Shown here: in pieces, positions 37,362-47,382 of the stretch | Numbering within the stretch: position 1 is the stretch's first letter | Layout: every line of letters starts with the position of its first letter | Origin: Calditrichia bacterium | Lineage (GTDB): Bacteria; Calditrichota; Calditrichia; RBG-13-44-9 | NCBI GenBank assembly: GCA_037381445.1 | Contig: JARRQT010000006.1 | Location: 1-47,382, forward strand | Direction: 5' to 3' | Length of the DNA: 47,382 nt | Made by a program: the position numbers and the translations under genes | Notes under the pieces: generated by a model | Databases searched by the model: none | The model's input: only the letters and a program-made list of their open reading frames with translations | What the model was told of the DNA's origin: nothing

Positions 37362-38840
37362 TTATTTTGAAAGTGCTTTCTCGTAAAGTTCCATGTATTT
37401 CAGGGCAGACTGGCTCCAGGAATAGTCTTCGCTCATGCCTTTGAGCTGGATCTTCTTCCAGGTTTGGCTGTCCTTGAAAGTATTAAGTGCTCTTTTAATG
37501 GCATCTAGCATCTTTGCGGCCTTGTATTCCTTAAAGGTGAAACCGTTGCCTTCTCCTGTTTTGGGATTGAAATTCTGAACCGTGTCCGCGAGTCCGCCGG
37601 TTTCCCTGACAACTGGCACTGTGCCGTATTTAAGGCTGTACATCTGGTTCAGGCCGCAGGGTTCGTAATGGGAAGGCATCAGAAACATATCCGATCCGGC
37701 TTCGATCAGGTGCGCCAATTTATTATCAAAACGTAAATTGGCTGAGATTTTGCCCGGATGTTTCCTGACCAGCTCCTCCAATAATGTATGATATTTCGGA
37801 TCTCCCGTTCCCAGGACAACCAATTGAACATCAAGTTTGAACAGCTCCTCGGCGGCTTCTTCGATCAGATCGAAACCCTTCTGATCCGCCAGCCTGGAAA
37901 TCATGCCAATCACCGGAATACCGGGATCGAACTCGAGCTCACTTTGGGTACATAGCGCTTTTTTATTTTCAATCTTATTTTCAAGGTTCTCGGATGTGTA
38001 ATTTTCCGGGATCAGACCATCGGTTTCAGGATTCCACGCGGTGTAATCTGCCCCATTCAGGATGCCGTAAAGATCGGTTTTCCTGGTTTCCAGGATTTTT
38101 TCAAATCCGTAACCATATTCGGGATCCGTACTGATCTCTTCCGCATATTTTTCGCTGACGGTATTCAACACATCCGCAAAGTGGATACCGCCTTTCAACA
38201 GATTCAAACGTCCATAAAATTCGAATTCGTTACCCAATTTAACATATTCGGCAGGTATATCCAGTTTTTCTGCCTTCTCCAGGGGAAAACTGCCCTGGTA
38301 GGCGAGGTTGTGTATTGTCAACACCGTTCTGGTTTTCTGGAAGAAATTATCATCCTTAAATTGAGTTTTGAGATAGAATGGAATCAAGGCGGTCTGCCAG
38401 TCGTTGCAGTGTATAATATCCGGCTGCCAATACAAAAGTTTCAGCGTTTCCAGAACAGCCTTGCTGAAATAGGCAAATCGTTCGGCATTGTCTTCATAAT
38501 CCTTGCCGGTAGTTGAATCGACATAGAGGTCTTTACGGTCAAAAAACTCGGGCAGGTGCAGGAAATAGACATGTACTTTAGAATCTGGCAGAAAAGCGGT
38601 TTTCCCGTCCGCGATCTTGGTTTCCCCGCCAAGCGTTACATTCACTTCCTTAAGCCGGATTACTTCCCGAAGCGTGTATTTCCGTTCATTAATAGATTTA
38701 TATTTTGCCATCATTGCGCGAATGTCCTGTTCCATGTCCTTGAGCGCTATGGGTAGGGAACCGGCTACATCCGCCAGACCGCCCGTCTTTGCAAAAGGGA
38801 CAACTTCTGAGGAAACGTAACAGATTTTGAGTTGCTTCAT
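37362..38840 (-). CDS. glgA: Glycogen synthase
   Basis: KTGGLADV, HCNDWQT, TIHNLAYQG, SRLADQKG, PSHYEPCGLNQ. Confidence 0.96.
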   Translation of the reverse strand: MKQLKICYVSSEVVPFAKTGGLADVAGSLPIALKDMEQDIRAMMAKYKSINERKYTLREVIRLKEVNVTLGGETKIADGKTAFLPDSKVHVYFLHLPEFFDRKDLYVDSTTGKDYEDNAERFAYFSKAVLETLKLLYWQPDIIHCNDWQTALIPFYLKTQFKDDNFFQKTRTVLTIHNLAYQGSFPLEKAEKLDIPAEYVKLGNEFEFYGRLNLLKGGIHFADVLNTVSEKYAEEISTDPEYGYGFEKILETRKTDLYGILNGADYTAWNPETDGLIPENYTSENLENKIENKKALCTQSELEFDPGIPVIGMISRLADQKGFDLIEEAAEELFKLDVQLVVLGTGDPKYHTLLEELVRKHPGKISANLRFDNKLAHLIEAGSDMFLMPSHYEPCGLNQMYSLKYGTVPVVRETGGLADTVQNFNPKTGEGNGFTFKEYKAAKMLDAIKRALNTFKDSQTWKKIQLKGMSEDYSWSQSALKYMELYEKALSK

Positions 38841-38855
38841 TTGATTACCCCGAGT

Positions 38856-39854
38856 TTATAGATTGATTTCTTTCATGTATTGAGCGGCATCTTCCGGACT
38901 GGTGGGATTAATATGAAATCCGGTTCCCCATTCAAAGCCAGCCACGCGGGTTAACTTGGGCATAAACTCGATGTGCCAATGATAATAATCTACGGCTGCA
39001 TCCTGCAGTGGAGAGGTATGAATTACAAAGTTGAACGGAGGTGAATTTAGTGCCGCGTTGGTCCTGACCAAGACTTCTTTCATAACTATTGCAAGATGCT
39101 GGAGCATATCGTTGGAAATTGATTCATAGTGAGAGCTGTGATTCTTGGGGAGAATCCATGTTTCGAAAGGGAAACGGGGAGCATAAGGTTCCAGGGCAAT
39201 AAAGAATTCCTCGTCAAATACCACCCGCACATTGTCTTTGATCTCCTGACGAACAATATCGCAAAAGATGCACCTTTCCTTGTACTCGTAATAGAGCTTG
39301 GAACCCTCCATTTCCTCAACTACGGTCTTTGGAATTATTGGAGTAGCAATCAGTTGCGAATGGGTATGCTCCAAAGATGCGCCGGCACTCTTGCCATGGT
39401 TTTTGAAGACCATGGCATATTTCAGTCGGATGTCTTTTTTCAGGTCGAGCACTCTTTCCCGGAATACCCAGAAGACATCCCTGATTGTATTTATTTCCAG
39501 ATCTGCCAGATCTTTGAAGTGATCCGGAGTTTCGATAATGACCTCGTGGGCTCCCACTCCATTCATTTTGTCGTAGATTCCGTCTCCCTGCCGGTTGAGC
39601 TGTCCTTCTATGCGCAACGCGGGATATTTGTTGGGAACAACCCGCAGCGTCCAGCCGGGCCTATCTCTGGGAGATTTATCGGGACGAAGGGAGAAAATTT
39701 CGGGTGGGGTTTTATCTTCATTTCCATAGCAAAAAGGGCAGAAGCCGCCCTTTTTCTTCTCTTCAACATCCGCAAAATCGGAAGGTCGTTTTCCTCGCTC
39801 TGTTGAAATGATGACCCATCTGCCTAGTACCGGATCTTTTCGTAATTCGGGCAT
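38856..39854 (-). CDS. galT: GalT-family hexose-1-phosphate nucleotidyltransferase
   Basis: ELRKDP, CPFC, VVPNKYPAL, FKNHGKSAGASLEHTHSQ, YHWHIE. Confidence 0.85.
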   Translation of the reverse strand: MPELRKDPVLGRWVIISTERGKRPSDFADVEEKKKGGFCPFCYGNEDKTPPEIFSLRPDKSPRDRPGWTLRVVPNKYPALRIEGQLNRQGDGIYDKMNGVGAHEVIIETPDHFKDLADLEINTIRDVFWVFRERVLDLKKDIRLKYAMVFKNHGKSAGASLEHTHSQLIATPIIPKTVVEEMEGSKLYYEYKERCIFCDIVRQEIKDNVRVVFDEEFFIALEPYAPRFPFETWILPKNHSSHYESISNDMLQHLAIVMKEVLVRTNAALNSPPFNFVIHTSPLQDAAVDYYHWHIEFMPKLTRVAGFEWGTGFHINPTSPEDAAQYMKEINL

Positions 39855-40033
39855 ATCCTGTAGAAAATTTAGTTTATTTAATAATTTTTAAACACTTATA
39901 AATATAAGAATATTCCAAAATGTAAGCAAGCGGAAAAAAATGGGAGGAACCGGGTGGAATTCTTTTAATAATCTTCCCTTTCCCAGCGGCGAGAAAGCAA
40001 TGGCAAGGAAATTTGTGCAAATTAATTCGCAGG

Positions 40034-40062
40034 ATGGCAGAAGTATTCCATAGTTCTGCCAT
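40034..40062 (-). terminator. Hairpin downstream of the large secreted protein gene
   Basis: ATGGCAGAA/TTCTGCCAT stem 8 nt after the stop; weak U-tract. Confidence 0.45.
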
Positions 40063-40070
40063 TTACCAAA

Positions 40071-43000
40071 CTAACGAAGCAACAACATTTTTATGATCCC
40101 GCGAAATCCGTCGGCCTGAATCCGGCAAAAGTAGGTGCCGCTGGCCAGGTTTTCGGTTTTCCATTCTATCGAGTAGTAACCCGGGGCCTGGAAGGAGTCC
40201 GCCAGGCGGCAGATCTCCTCTCCAACCAGATTATATATGATCAACGTAATATGCGAGTGGTGCGGCACAGCGTATTTGATTCTTGTGGATGGATTAAAAG
40301 GATTTGGATAATTCTGGAAAAGAACATAACGAGCGGGCATCAAATTATTCTGATCTGTAACTGAGTTGGTTGGCGCTGCGGCGTAATTTTGCTCGCTTTG
40401 GTGTGAACCGACACTCAGGTAGGTCCGGGATAGCGGGGAAAATTCCCAGCCGGCTTTTTGGGGAGTTATGGACCCTGACCAGTTATATGCAACATTGGAT
40501 TCATAGTAACCATCTTCATCTGTAATCGATCCCAGGTCAGGCCCCAGGAGCGTTACGCCTTCAATGGGATTTTGATCGGCATCGAGGATATGCCCGGAAA
40601 TGGTGAAATGGATTGAAGAAGCCATATAATCCTGCCCGGACTGATCTCCGGTCACTTGCTGATATGTAATTGAGGTCGGATCGAAAGTCCAGCCGGCCAG
40701 GAGAGGAGTAATTGTTCCGGACCAATTGTAAGGCACCAAAGCGGAATAGCTGCCCGCTTCATCGGTTACTGATTCGTCCGGAAGTCCGGTCAAAATAACA
40801 TCCGGGAGTGGCGTCTTTTCTGATTCACCAACATATCCTGATATGGTCAGCCGGATGATAGAACCGGTATAGTCCTGACTGGTCTGATCTGCGGCAACAT
40901 TTGTGTAACTGCGGGATTCCGGCGAAAACTTCCAGCCGGTTCCGGAAGGTGTGACTGTGCCCGTCCATCCCTGCGGCACGCTGGCGGAATAAAACCCCTG
41001 GGAATCTGTACTTGGATTTCCGGGAAGACCATTGAGAACAATTTCGCTGAGAGGATTATCATCTGAATCCCGAATATATCCCGAGATGGCATATATCACA
41101 GCCGAAGCAATATAATCTTGTCCGGCGCGGTTTTCCCTGATCTGGCTATAGGACAGTGAGGCCGGAGAGAAAAACCAGCCCTCCTGAGAGGGCGTGACGG
41201 TTCCAGACCAGTCAAATGGAACTATGGCAAAATAGGCTCCTTCATTATCCGTGACCGGATTTCCCGGCAAGCCGTTCATCGCCACGCCGGGGCGTGGGTT
41301 TTGGTTCAGTTCCAGTACCGCGCCTGAAATGGAATATTGATTCAGTGAGCCGGTGTAGTTCTGATCGGCCTGATCTGACTTTAAATCGGTATAGGTTCGT
41401 GATTCCGGAGAGAACTGCCAGCCGGTCCTGCCGGGAATTACCGTTCCTGACCATCCCTGGGGCACATCGGAAGAATAAAATCCCCGGGAATCTGTAGACG
41501 GATTTCCGGGCAGGCCTACGAGGACAACTTCATTGATGGGATTGCTTTCAGAATCGCGGATGTATCCGGAAATTCTATATTGCACCATAGAGGCAAGGTA
41601 ATTTTGGCCAGTGTGGTTTTCCCGAACCTGCTTGTAGGTAAGTGAGTCCGGAGAAAAGAGCCAGCCTTCCCGGGAGGGTGTAACGATACCGGACCAGTCG
41701 AATGGAACCATGGCGGAGTAGATACCCTGGGCATCCGTGACCGGATTGCCCGGCAAACCGTTCATCGCCACGCCGGGGCATGGGACCTGGTTCAGCTCCA
41801 GCACTGTACCTGAAATGGAATATTGAATCACGGACCCGGCATAATTCTGGCTGATTTGATTCGATGTAATGTTTGAGTATGTGCGAGAGACGGGGGAGAA
41901 TTGCCAGCCGGCCCCTGTTGGGGTAGCAGTGCCAGACCATCCATGGGGCACTGATGCGACGTAATAACCGGCTGCATCCGTGACGGGCGAACCGGGAAGT
42001 CCGGATACCGTAATGCCGCTTATGGGGTTGCCGGTTGAAGTCTGCACATAACCGGAAATTGAATATTGAACCACAGACCCGCTATAATTCTGGTCGTTTT
42101 GGTTCGAACTAATATTTGTGTAGGATCTGGAAGCCGGAGAAAACTGCCACCCGGCTTTCACCGGTTTTACTAATCCCGACCATTCTGCATGAATGACACC
42201 CTGGTAAAAACCATTCTGGTCAGTTTCTGGTGAACCGGGTAATCCTTCCATAATAACACTTTCAAGCGGAGTACCGTCTGCTGATATAATGTAACCGGAG
42301 AGCTCCAAATCCATGGGCAGCCATGATGCATTAAAATAGATATCGGTGTTATCACTCATCAGGCTGCACCAGGCAATTCCCAGTCCCCGTAAGCCTGCCG
42401 GGGTATATTTGGGCAAAAGGGCAGGCGGATCGTCCTGGCTCAGGGAATTTTGAGAATTATTTATTTTCGAAGGTTCGGACCAGCTTGTGGGAGCAACATA
42501 CAGGGTTTTGGAGGTCAATACAGAATTATCCGTTAGATTGAGAAATGCTGCAAAAACATCCGGAGATCCATGCAACCCCTTGACCTGAGGATACCTCTCA
42601 TCACCGTCGCTGTATGCAAGTGCATTCCCGATGTGCCAGGATTTACCGGCGTTCTCTGAATACGCATAATAAATATCCCGGTCTGTTTCCCTATAGTAGT
42701 ATTCGTAGAAAACAAAAATGGTATTTTCATTTATGACTGCAGCTTCAGGGTTTCTTTCTTCCTGTCCCGAGAAAGCGATTAGTGCTAAGTTGTTCCAACT
42801 GGATCCGCGGTCCGAAGAGGACAGTACAGCAATATTATCGTCATCACCGGTATTGAATGAAAAGGCGATTACCAAATTGTCATTTGCATAAGAAATCGAG
42901 CAGTGGAGGATACCAGGCGTGTACAAGGTTCCCATTTCCTGTGATGACCATGATTTTCCACCGTTTGTACTTCGTTTGAAAATAATCTTTGCACTGGCAC

Positions 43001-43713
43001 CCTCCAGTTGATAACAGACCAAATAAATATAAGGATTATCTGGATAGTAATTATAGTCACAGGTTATTGAAGGATAAACTTGATCATTGGGTGAGAGATC
43101 AATCGCCGTAATATTTGTATTCGAAAGGTCACGGTTAAATTTGGCAAACAAAATATCATGATCTGAACCCTGCCGGTCCTCTGTCAGTACCACTCCCAGG
43201 CTGGAATCTGATATTTGTGCGATTACCGGGTGAGAAAGTGGTGATTGGGAACTTCCGATATACAGCGATGAATCCGCAGGCCAGGTCTGCCCGTGGTCAC
43301 TGGATTTCCTGATTATGACCTTGCCTGGAGTATCTGTCCCCTCCCATTCCTCTGCAGCAAGAAACATTTCGGGAGAATTTTGATATCCGGAAAATGCTGT
43401 GATAGATGGATTCTTTTCGTGATTTGGCGAGACTGCAACCGGTATATCATCATCCCACAACCAACTTGTTTTTTCCGTCCGAACAGAAGTATGGAAGTAG
43501 TAGGAAGCAAGTCTTTCCGAAATTTTTCCATTCGGGCCTTCCGCTTGCGATGTCAATAAATTTTTTTATTTCCCCTATATTTGTGGAGGGAATATTTACG
43601 GAAATTATTTCCATCGGGTTGGATTTTGGTTTTTCGGGGATTGACTGACCATAATGAGGTTGTACAAGCACCGAGAAGAATAAAACTATTGCGATAAGCA
43701 ATGAGCGTTTCAT
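40071..43713 (-). CDS. Large secreted protein: BNR/sialidase-like propeller, 8 tandem 81-aa repeats and T9SS-type C-terminal domain; frameshifted at an A7 run
   Basis: Signal peptide MKRSLLIAIVLFFSVLVQPHYG (ATG 43713, GGAG RBS) is in a different frame from the 1161-aa ORF. Asp-boxes SSDHGQTW, STNGGKSW, SSDRGSSW, SENAGKSW. C-terminal QNYPNPFNPST...LASGTYF...KMLLLR. Confidence 0.85.
40375..42305 (-). repeat. Eight tandem 243-bp (81-aa) intragenic repeats
   Basis: Recurring ISGx...GLPGxPxTDxxGxY...WSGTVTP...GWxFSPxSxxY...QxQxY; high DNA identity at 486-bp offset (e.g. 41275 vs 41761). Confidence 0.9.
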
Positions 43714-43998
43714 ATCTGTCTCCATTGAAAAAAATATAAATCTATATCAAATCTGAATGATAGAGGAAAACCGAAAAAAACAGACAATCCTGAAAAGGTG
43801 TGCTGCAATGGAGTTTTAAAAATATCCGGACAAGATAAATATAAAGAGCATTTGCTTAATTAGATCTCTGTATGCTAAGTGAGCCTCAACAGAAAACAAT
43901 TTGTTTTGTGCTGCAATTCAAATTAGAAATTATATGAAAATATAAAATATATATTCAAATACAACACTATATTAATGCATGAAGCTGAACTGAAATTG

Positions 43999-44014
43999 TG
44001 TGATTTGAGTCACA
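43999..44014. promoter_or_regulatory. CRP/FNR-family binding site
   Basis: TGTGA-TTTGAG-TCACA is an exact match to the CRP core TGTGA-N6-TCACA, in an AT-rich divergent intergenic region. Confidence 0.55.
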
Positions 44015-44630
44015 GCCCTGGTGTCTTCAAATATGTACATAGTCTATAGCTTGATTATGGCTTTAGGGAAAATATATCAGATATAAATAATATAACCATC
44101 GAAAATGGTAAGTAACATAGTATAATAATTAACAGTGATTTGTCAACAACTTGAAACTTCTGTCGGTTTGTTTGATTAAATATTTTATTAATTCTTTTGC
44201 GCTTGAGCTTGAATTTTATGTTGCCTCTTATTTATAAATATAAAATTGGTCTTCTAAATATTTTTAACATATCCAAGTTGTCAGTATCGATTTAGCTTAT
44301 TCTCCGTTTAATATTTTTATTTCATTAGACGTTTTATACTTTGATGTTCTGTTTCCTGTATAAAACGATCGGGTGATTTTTCTTTTGGTAGAATGCCTTA
44401 AAAGAAGATGATTGTCTTTTTAAATTGAATGTTTTCCGGGGATATAAGTCGGAAAATCGTTACCGCTCGTGAATGTATTTGTCAAGAAATGCCAACGATT
44501 TTGTTCCTTTTGCGGAACCTTTGCATATTGACTGCGATTCTTCAGGAAAATTTCACTTCACACGGATCGTCAAAATTTATACCCTCAGGGACGATACAGG
44601 GAGATTACATTACATTTTAGAAAATTGAAT

Positions 44631-47382
44631 ATGGCAAAAAGAAATATTGAATCCCAAAATTTTGAATTCCACCCCTCTTCATTGCTTGATATCTTATCTT
44701 GGCGTGCTTCTCACCAGTCCCATAAAATCTCTTACACTTTCCTGAATGATAGCAAAGGCGCTAAACTTTCTGTTACATATGCAGAATTGGATTTGCGGGC
44801 GCGCGCAATTGCGGCAGTTCTGCAAAAAATGAATTTGCGGGGAGAAAGAGTTCTTCTCCTCTACCCGCCTGGTTTTGATTATATAGCCGGATTTCTCGGC
44901 TGCGTGTACGCAGGTGTAATTGCGGTTCCTGCTTACCCGCCCAATCCCAGGCGCCTCGCCCGCACATTGCCGCGATTGGACGTGATTGTGAAGGATTCGC
45001 AGGCTAAAGTTGCATTAACAATAAATTCCATCCGTTCATCAATTAGACTATTTACAAAAAGTGCACAGATCTATAATTCGCTTGAAAAAATTCCTCTGCT
45101 GAGGAAGGCAATGGACAAGGTCTCTCCCGCTGACCTGAAAGTATCCGGATTGAGCCATTTTAATGCGCTTGAGTGGATTGCTACGGATGAAATTGAGGGT
45201 GATATTGCCGACAAGTGGGAAAACCCAAATGTGGGCAGGGACAATCTTGCTTTCATACAATATACTTCCGGCTCTACCGGCGAACCTAAAGGCGTCATGC
45301 TGACCCATGGTAACCTTTTATACAATCTTAGATTAATGGCAGATACTTTCATGCTTCCCGGTTGCGAAGCTGTAATTTGGCTACCGATGTACCATGACAT
45401 GGGACTAATCGGCGGCGTACTTCAGCCGATTTATTATGGAATAACCTGTCACCTGATGTCTCCGCTGACCTTTCTGCAGTGGCCGCTCCGTTGGTTGAAA
45501 GCGATCTCAGAAGTTAAGGATGCGCCGGTGGTGAGCGGGGGACCTAATTTTGCATATGATCTCTGCATCAGAAAAGTTGATCCGGACCTGCTCGAAACAT
45601 TGGATCTCTCAAACTGGAAAGTGGCGTTTTCTGGTGCGGAACCGGTCAGGGCTGAGACAATCGAAAAATTCACGGAAAAATTTAAACCCTGCGGCTTCCG
45701 GCGAGAAGCCTTCTATCCCTGTTATGGGCTCGCGGAGGCAACCTTGTTTGTCTCGGGCGGTACGGTCGAAGATGAACCCCAAGTGCGCTCATTCGAAAAA
45801 GATGCATTGAAAGAAAAACGAGTGCGGATCAATTCAGGAAAGAATCAAAACACGCTGGTTGGTTGCGGGAAAAACCTTGGGGAACAGCAGATTCTGGTTG
45901 TTCATCCCAATTCCAAAACTGTTTGTCAGCCTGACGAAATCGGTGAAATCTGGGTAAAAGGTGAAAGTATTGCAAAGGGATATTGGCAAAAACCGGAAAA
46001 ATCCCGGGAAATATTTCAGGCCTATACATCGGATACCGGGGAAGGACCTTTTCTGCGAACCGGCGATCTCGGCTTTTTTTACGGGGACCAGATTTTCATC
46101 TCAGGCCGGGCCAAAGACCTGATTATTATCAGGGGGCGGAATCATTATCCACAGGATATTGAGTTTACGGTTGAAAACAGCCATCCAGCTCTGCGGCCTG
46201 GCTGTGTTGCTGCCTTCTCTATGGAAATTGATAATGAAGAACGGCTGGTTATCGTTCAGGAAATAAGACCAGGCAATAATCACAATCTGGATGAGATTTT
46301 GAATACTGTCCTTCAAAATGTAGTCGAGACTCACGAACTGCAGCCTTATGCGATTGTGTTGATCAAAGCCCGGACGATCTCCAAAACATCCAGCGGGAAA
46401 ATACAACGCTGGGCTGCCCGGGAGGCTTTTGTGAATGGTGGCCTGGAGATTGTTGCAGAAATGAAATTTGAAGATGCCGCGCAAGATGATTTGTTGAAAA
46501 AGCAGGGCATAAGCCGCGAAGAGCCGGATCAATGGTCCGATATTAGAAATAATCCGGGCATTGAGGTTCTGAAAAAGTGGCTGGCTGCCGTTATTGCCGG
46601 TTTGATTAAAAGTGATATCCGGTCGATTTCCTACAGTAAACAGCTTCCCGGTTTCGGCCTGGACTCGCTTATGATGGTTGAGCTTAAGAATGAGATTGAA
46701 GAAAAAGCCGGGATTCATTTTCCATTGAACGATTTGTTCGAACCGCTGACGATTTCTCAAATGGCTGGGAAAATTTTGGACAAAATAGCAAACGAAAATT
46801 CCCGCCATCGGATTTCCATTGGACCTGCAAACGGTCAAAAGAATGAATATCCCCTTTCTTATGGCCAAAGGTCCCTGTGGTTTATTCATCAATTGGCGCC
46901 CCGAAGCGCCGCATATAACGAATATATAAGTGTTAAAATTTTATCCGGACTTGATGTCGAATCTCTAAAAAAATCCATTCAGATTTTAATAGACCGTCAT
47001 CCATCTCTCAGAACGACGTATCCGAGTAAAGAGAATGAGCCCTATCAGCGCGTCCGTGAACGGATAAAAGCGCCATTTGAAGTTATTGAACGATTGAATC
47101 AAACAGAAGAGCAATTCCGTGAGGAGATGATATCAGAGATCCACCGGCCATTCAATCTTGAAACCGGACCGGTTTTGCGTATCACACTGTATCACCTCCA
47201 AGCTGAAGAATATGTTTTGCTAATCGTATTTCATCATATTGCCATAGATTTATGGTCGATTTTGGTGCTTCTTGATGAACTCAACGCAATTTACCCCGCT
47301 GTTATGGCAAACGAAAGAGTCCCTTCCGCCTCGGCAAATTTGAGCTACTCGGATTTTGTCCGCTGGCAGGCGGAATATGCTT
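44631..47382 (+). CDS. Lipopeptide-type NRPS start: fatty acyl-AMP ligase, carrier domain and condensation domain (runs off window end)
   Basis: Manual translation from ATG 44631: RVLLLYPPG, AFIQYTSGSTGEPKGV, WLPMYHDMGLIG, CYGLAEATL plus FAAL insertion, LRTGDLG, KTSSGKIQR; carrier FGLDSLM (~46650-46675); C domain PLSYGQRSLWF (~46850), RHPSLRT, HHIAIDLWS (~47233). Confidence 0.93.
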   Translation, partial: MAKRNIESQNFEFHPSSLLDILSWRASHQSHKISYTFLNDSKGAKLSVTYAELDLRARAIAAVLQKMNLRGERVLLLYPPGFDYIAGFLGCVYAGVIAVPAYPPNPRRLARTLPRLDVIVKDSQAKVALTINSIRSSIRLFTKSAQIYNSLEKIPLLRKAMDKVSPADLKVSGLSHFNALEWIATDEIEGDIADKWENPNVGRDNLAFIQYTSGSTGEPKGVMLTHGNLLYNLRLMADTFMLPGCEAVIWLPMYHDMGLIGGVLQPIYYGITCHLMSPLTFLQWPLRWLKAISEVKDAPVVSGGPNFAYDLCIRKVDPDLLETLDLSNWKVAFSGAEPVRAETIEKFTEKFKPCGFRREAFYPCYGLAEATLFVSGGTVEDEPQVRSFEKDALKEKRVRINSGKNQNTLVGCGKNLGEQQILVVHPNSKTVCQPDEIGEIWVKGESIAKGYWQKPEKSREIFQAYTSDTGEGPFLRTGDLGFFYGDQIFISGRAKDLIIIRGRNHYPQDIEFTVENSHPALRPGCVAAFSMEIDNEERLVIVQEIRPGNNHNLDEILNTVLQNVVETHELQPYAIVLIKARTISKTSSGKIQRWAAREAFVNGGLEIVAEMKFEDAAQDDLLKKQGISREEPDQWSDIRNNPGIEVLKKWLAAVIAGLIKSDIRSISYSKQLPGFGLDSLMMVELKNEIEEKAGIHFPLNDLFEPLTISQMAGKILDKIANENSRHRISIGPANGQKNEYPLSYGQRSLWFIHQLAPRSAAYNEYISVKILSGLDVESLKKSIQILIDRHPSLRTTYPSKENEPYQRVRERIKAPFEVIERLNQTEEQFREEMISEIHRPFNLETGPVLRITLYHLQAEEYVLLIVFHHIAIDLWSILVLLDELNAIYPAVMANERVPSASANLSYSDFVRWQAEYA

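Noticed and set aside
40001-40018. TGGCAAGGAAATTTGTGC as a sigma54 promoter
   Set aside because: GG-to-GC spacing is wrong and it points toward no gene start.
40375-42305. Periodic repeats as a possible CRISPR array or DGR template/variable repeat
   Set aside because: The period is 243 bp and in-frame coding; differences are not adenine-specific; no cas or reverse transcriptase gene is present.
44773-46892. Several minus-strand ORFs, including the 263-aa ORF at 46101-46892
   Set aside because: Antisense shadows of the FAAL-NRPS frame on the + strand.

Overview
Bacterial chromosomal segment, probably FCB-group and Calditrichota-like. This is inferred from the YPNPFNP-type secretion tail, the group II GGGP synthase and the DUF5723-like barrel. 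Most of the window is housekeeping: ftsEX, icd, aspC-like and ilvE aminotransferases, pta, coaD, ADP-forming acetate-CoA ligase, a sigma54 two-component pair, a flippase/glycosyltransferase cluster, gmhA/gmhB, glgA and galT. Six elements stand out. (i) A three-gene type-IV-filament-like module: a 565-aa pilin-like protein with two duplicated helical inserts, a PilM-like protein and an apparent PilN/PilO fusion. (ii) The 5' part of a FAAL-ACP-C lipopeptide NRPS, missing from the ORF track because it runs off the window, divergent from a frameshifted 8-repeat secreted protein, with a perfect CRP-type palindrome between them. (iii) A candidate Ile/Leu leader-peptide attenuator before ilvE. (iv) A ~180-nt 6S-like structured RNA candidate. 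(v) An rsmD with an internal deletion. (vi) GGGP synthase inserted between gmhB and gmhA. No rRNA, tRNA, CRISPR array or transposase was recognised.
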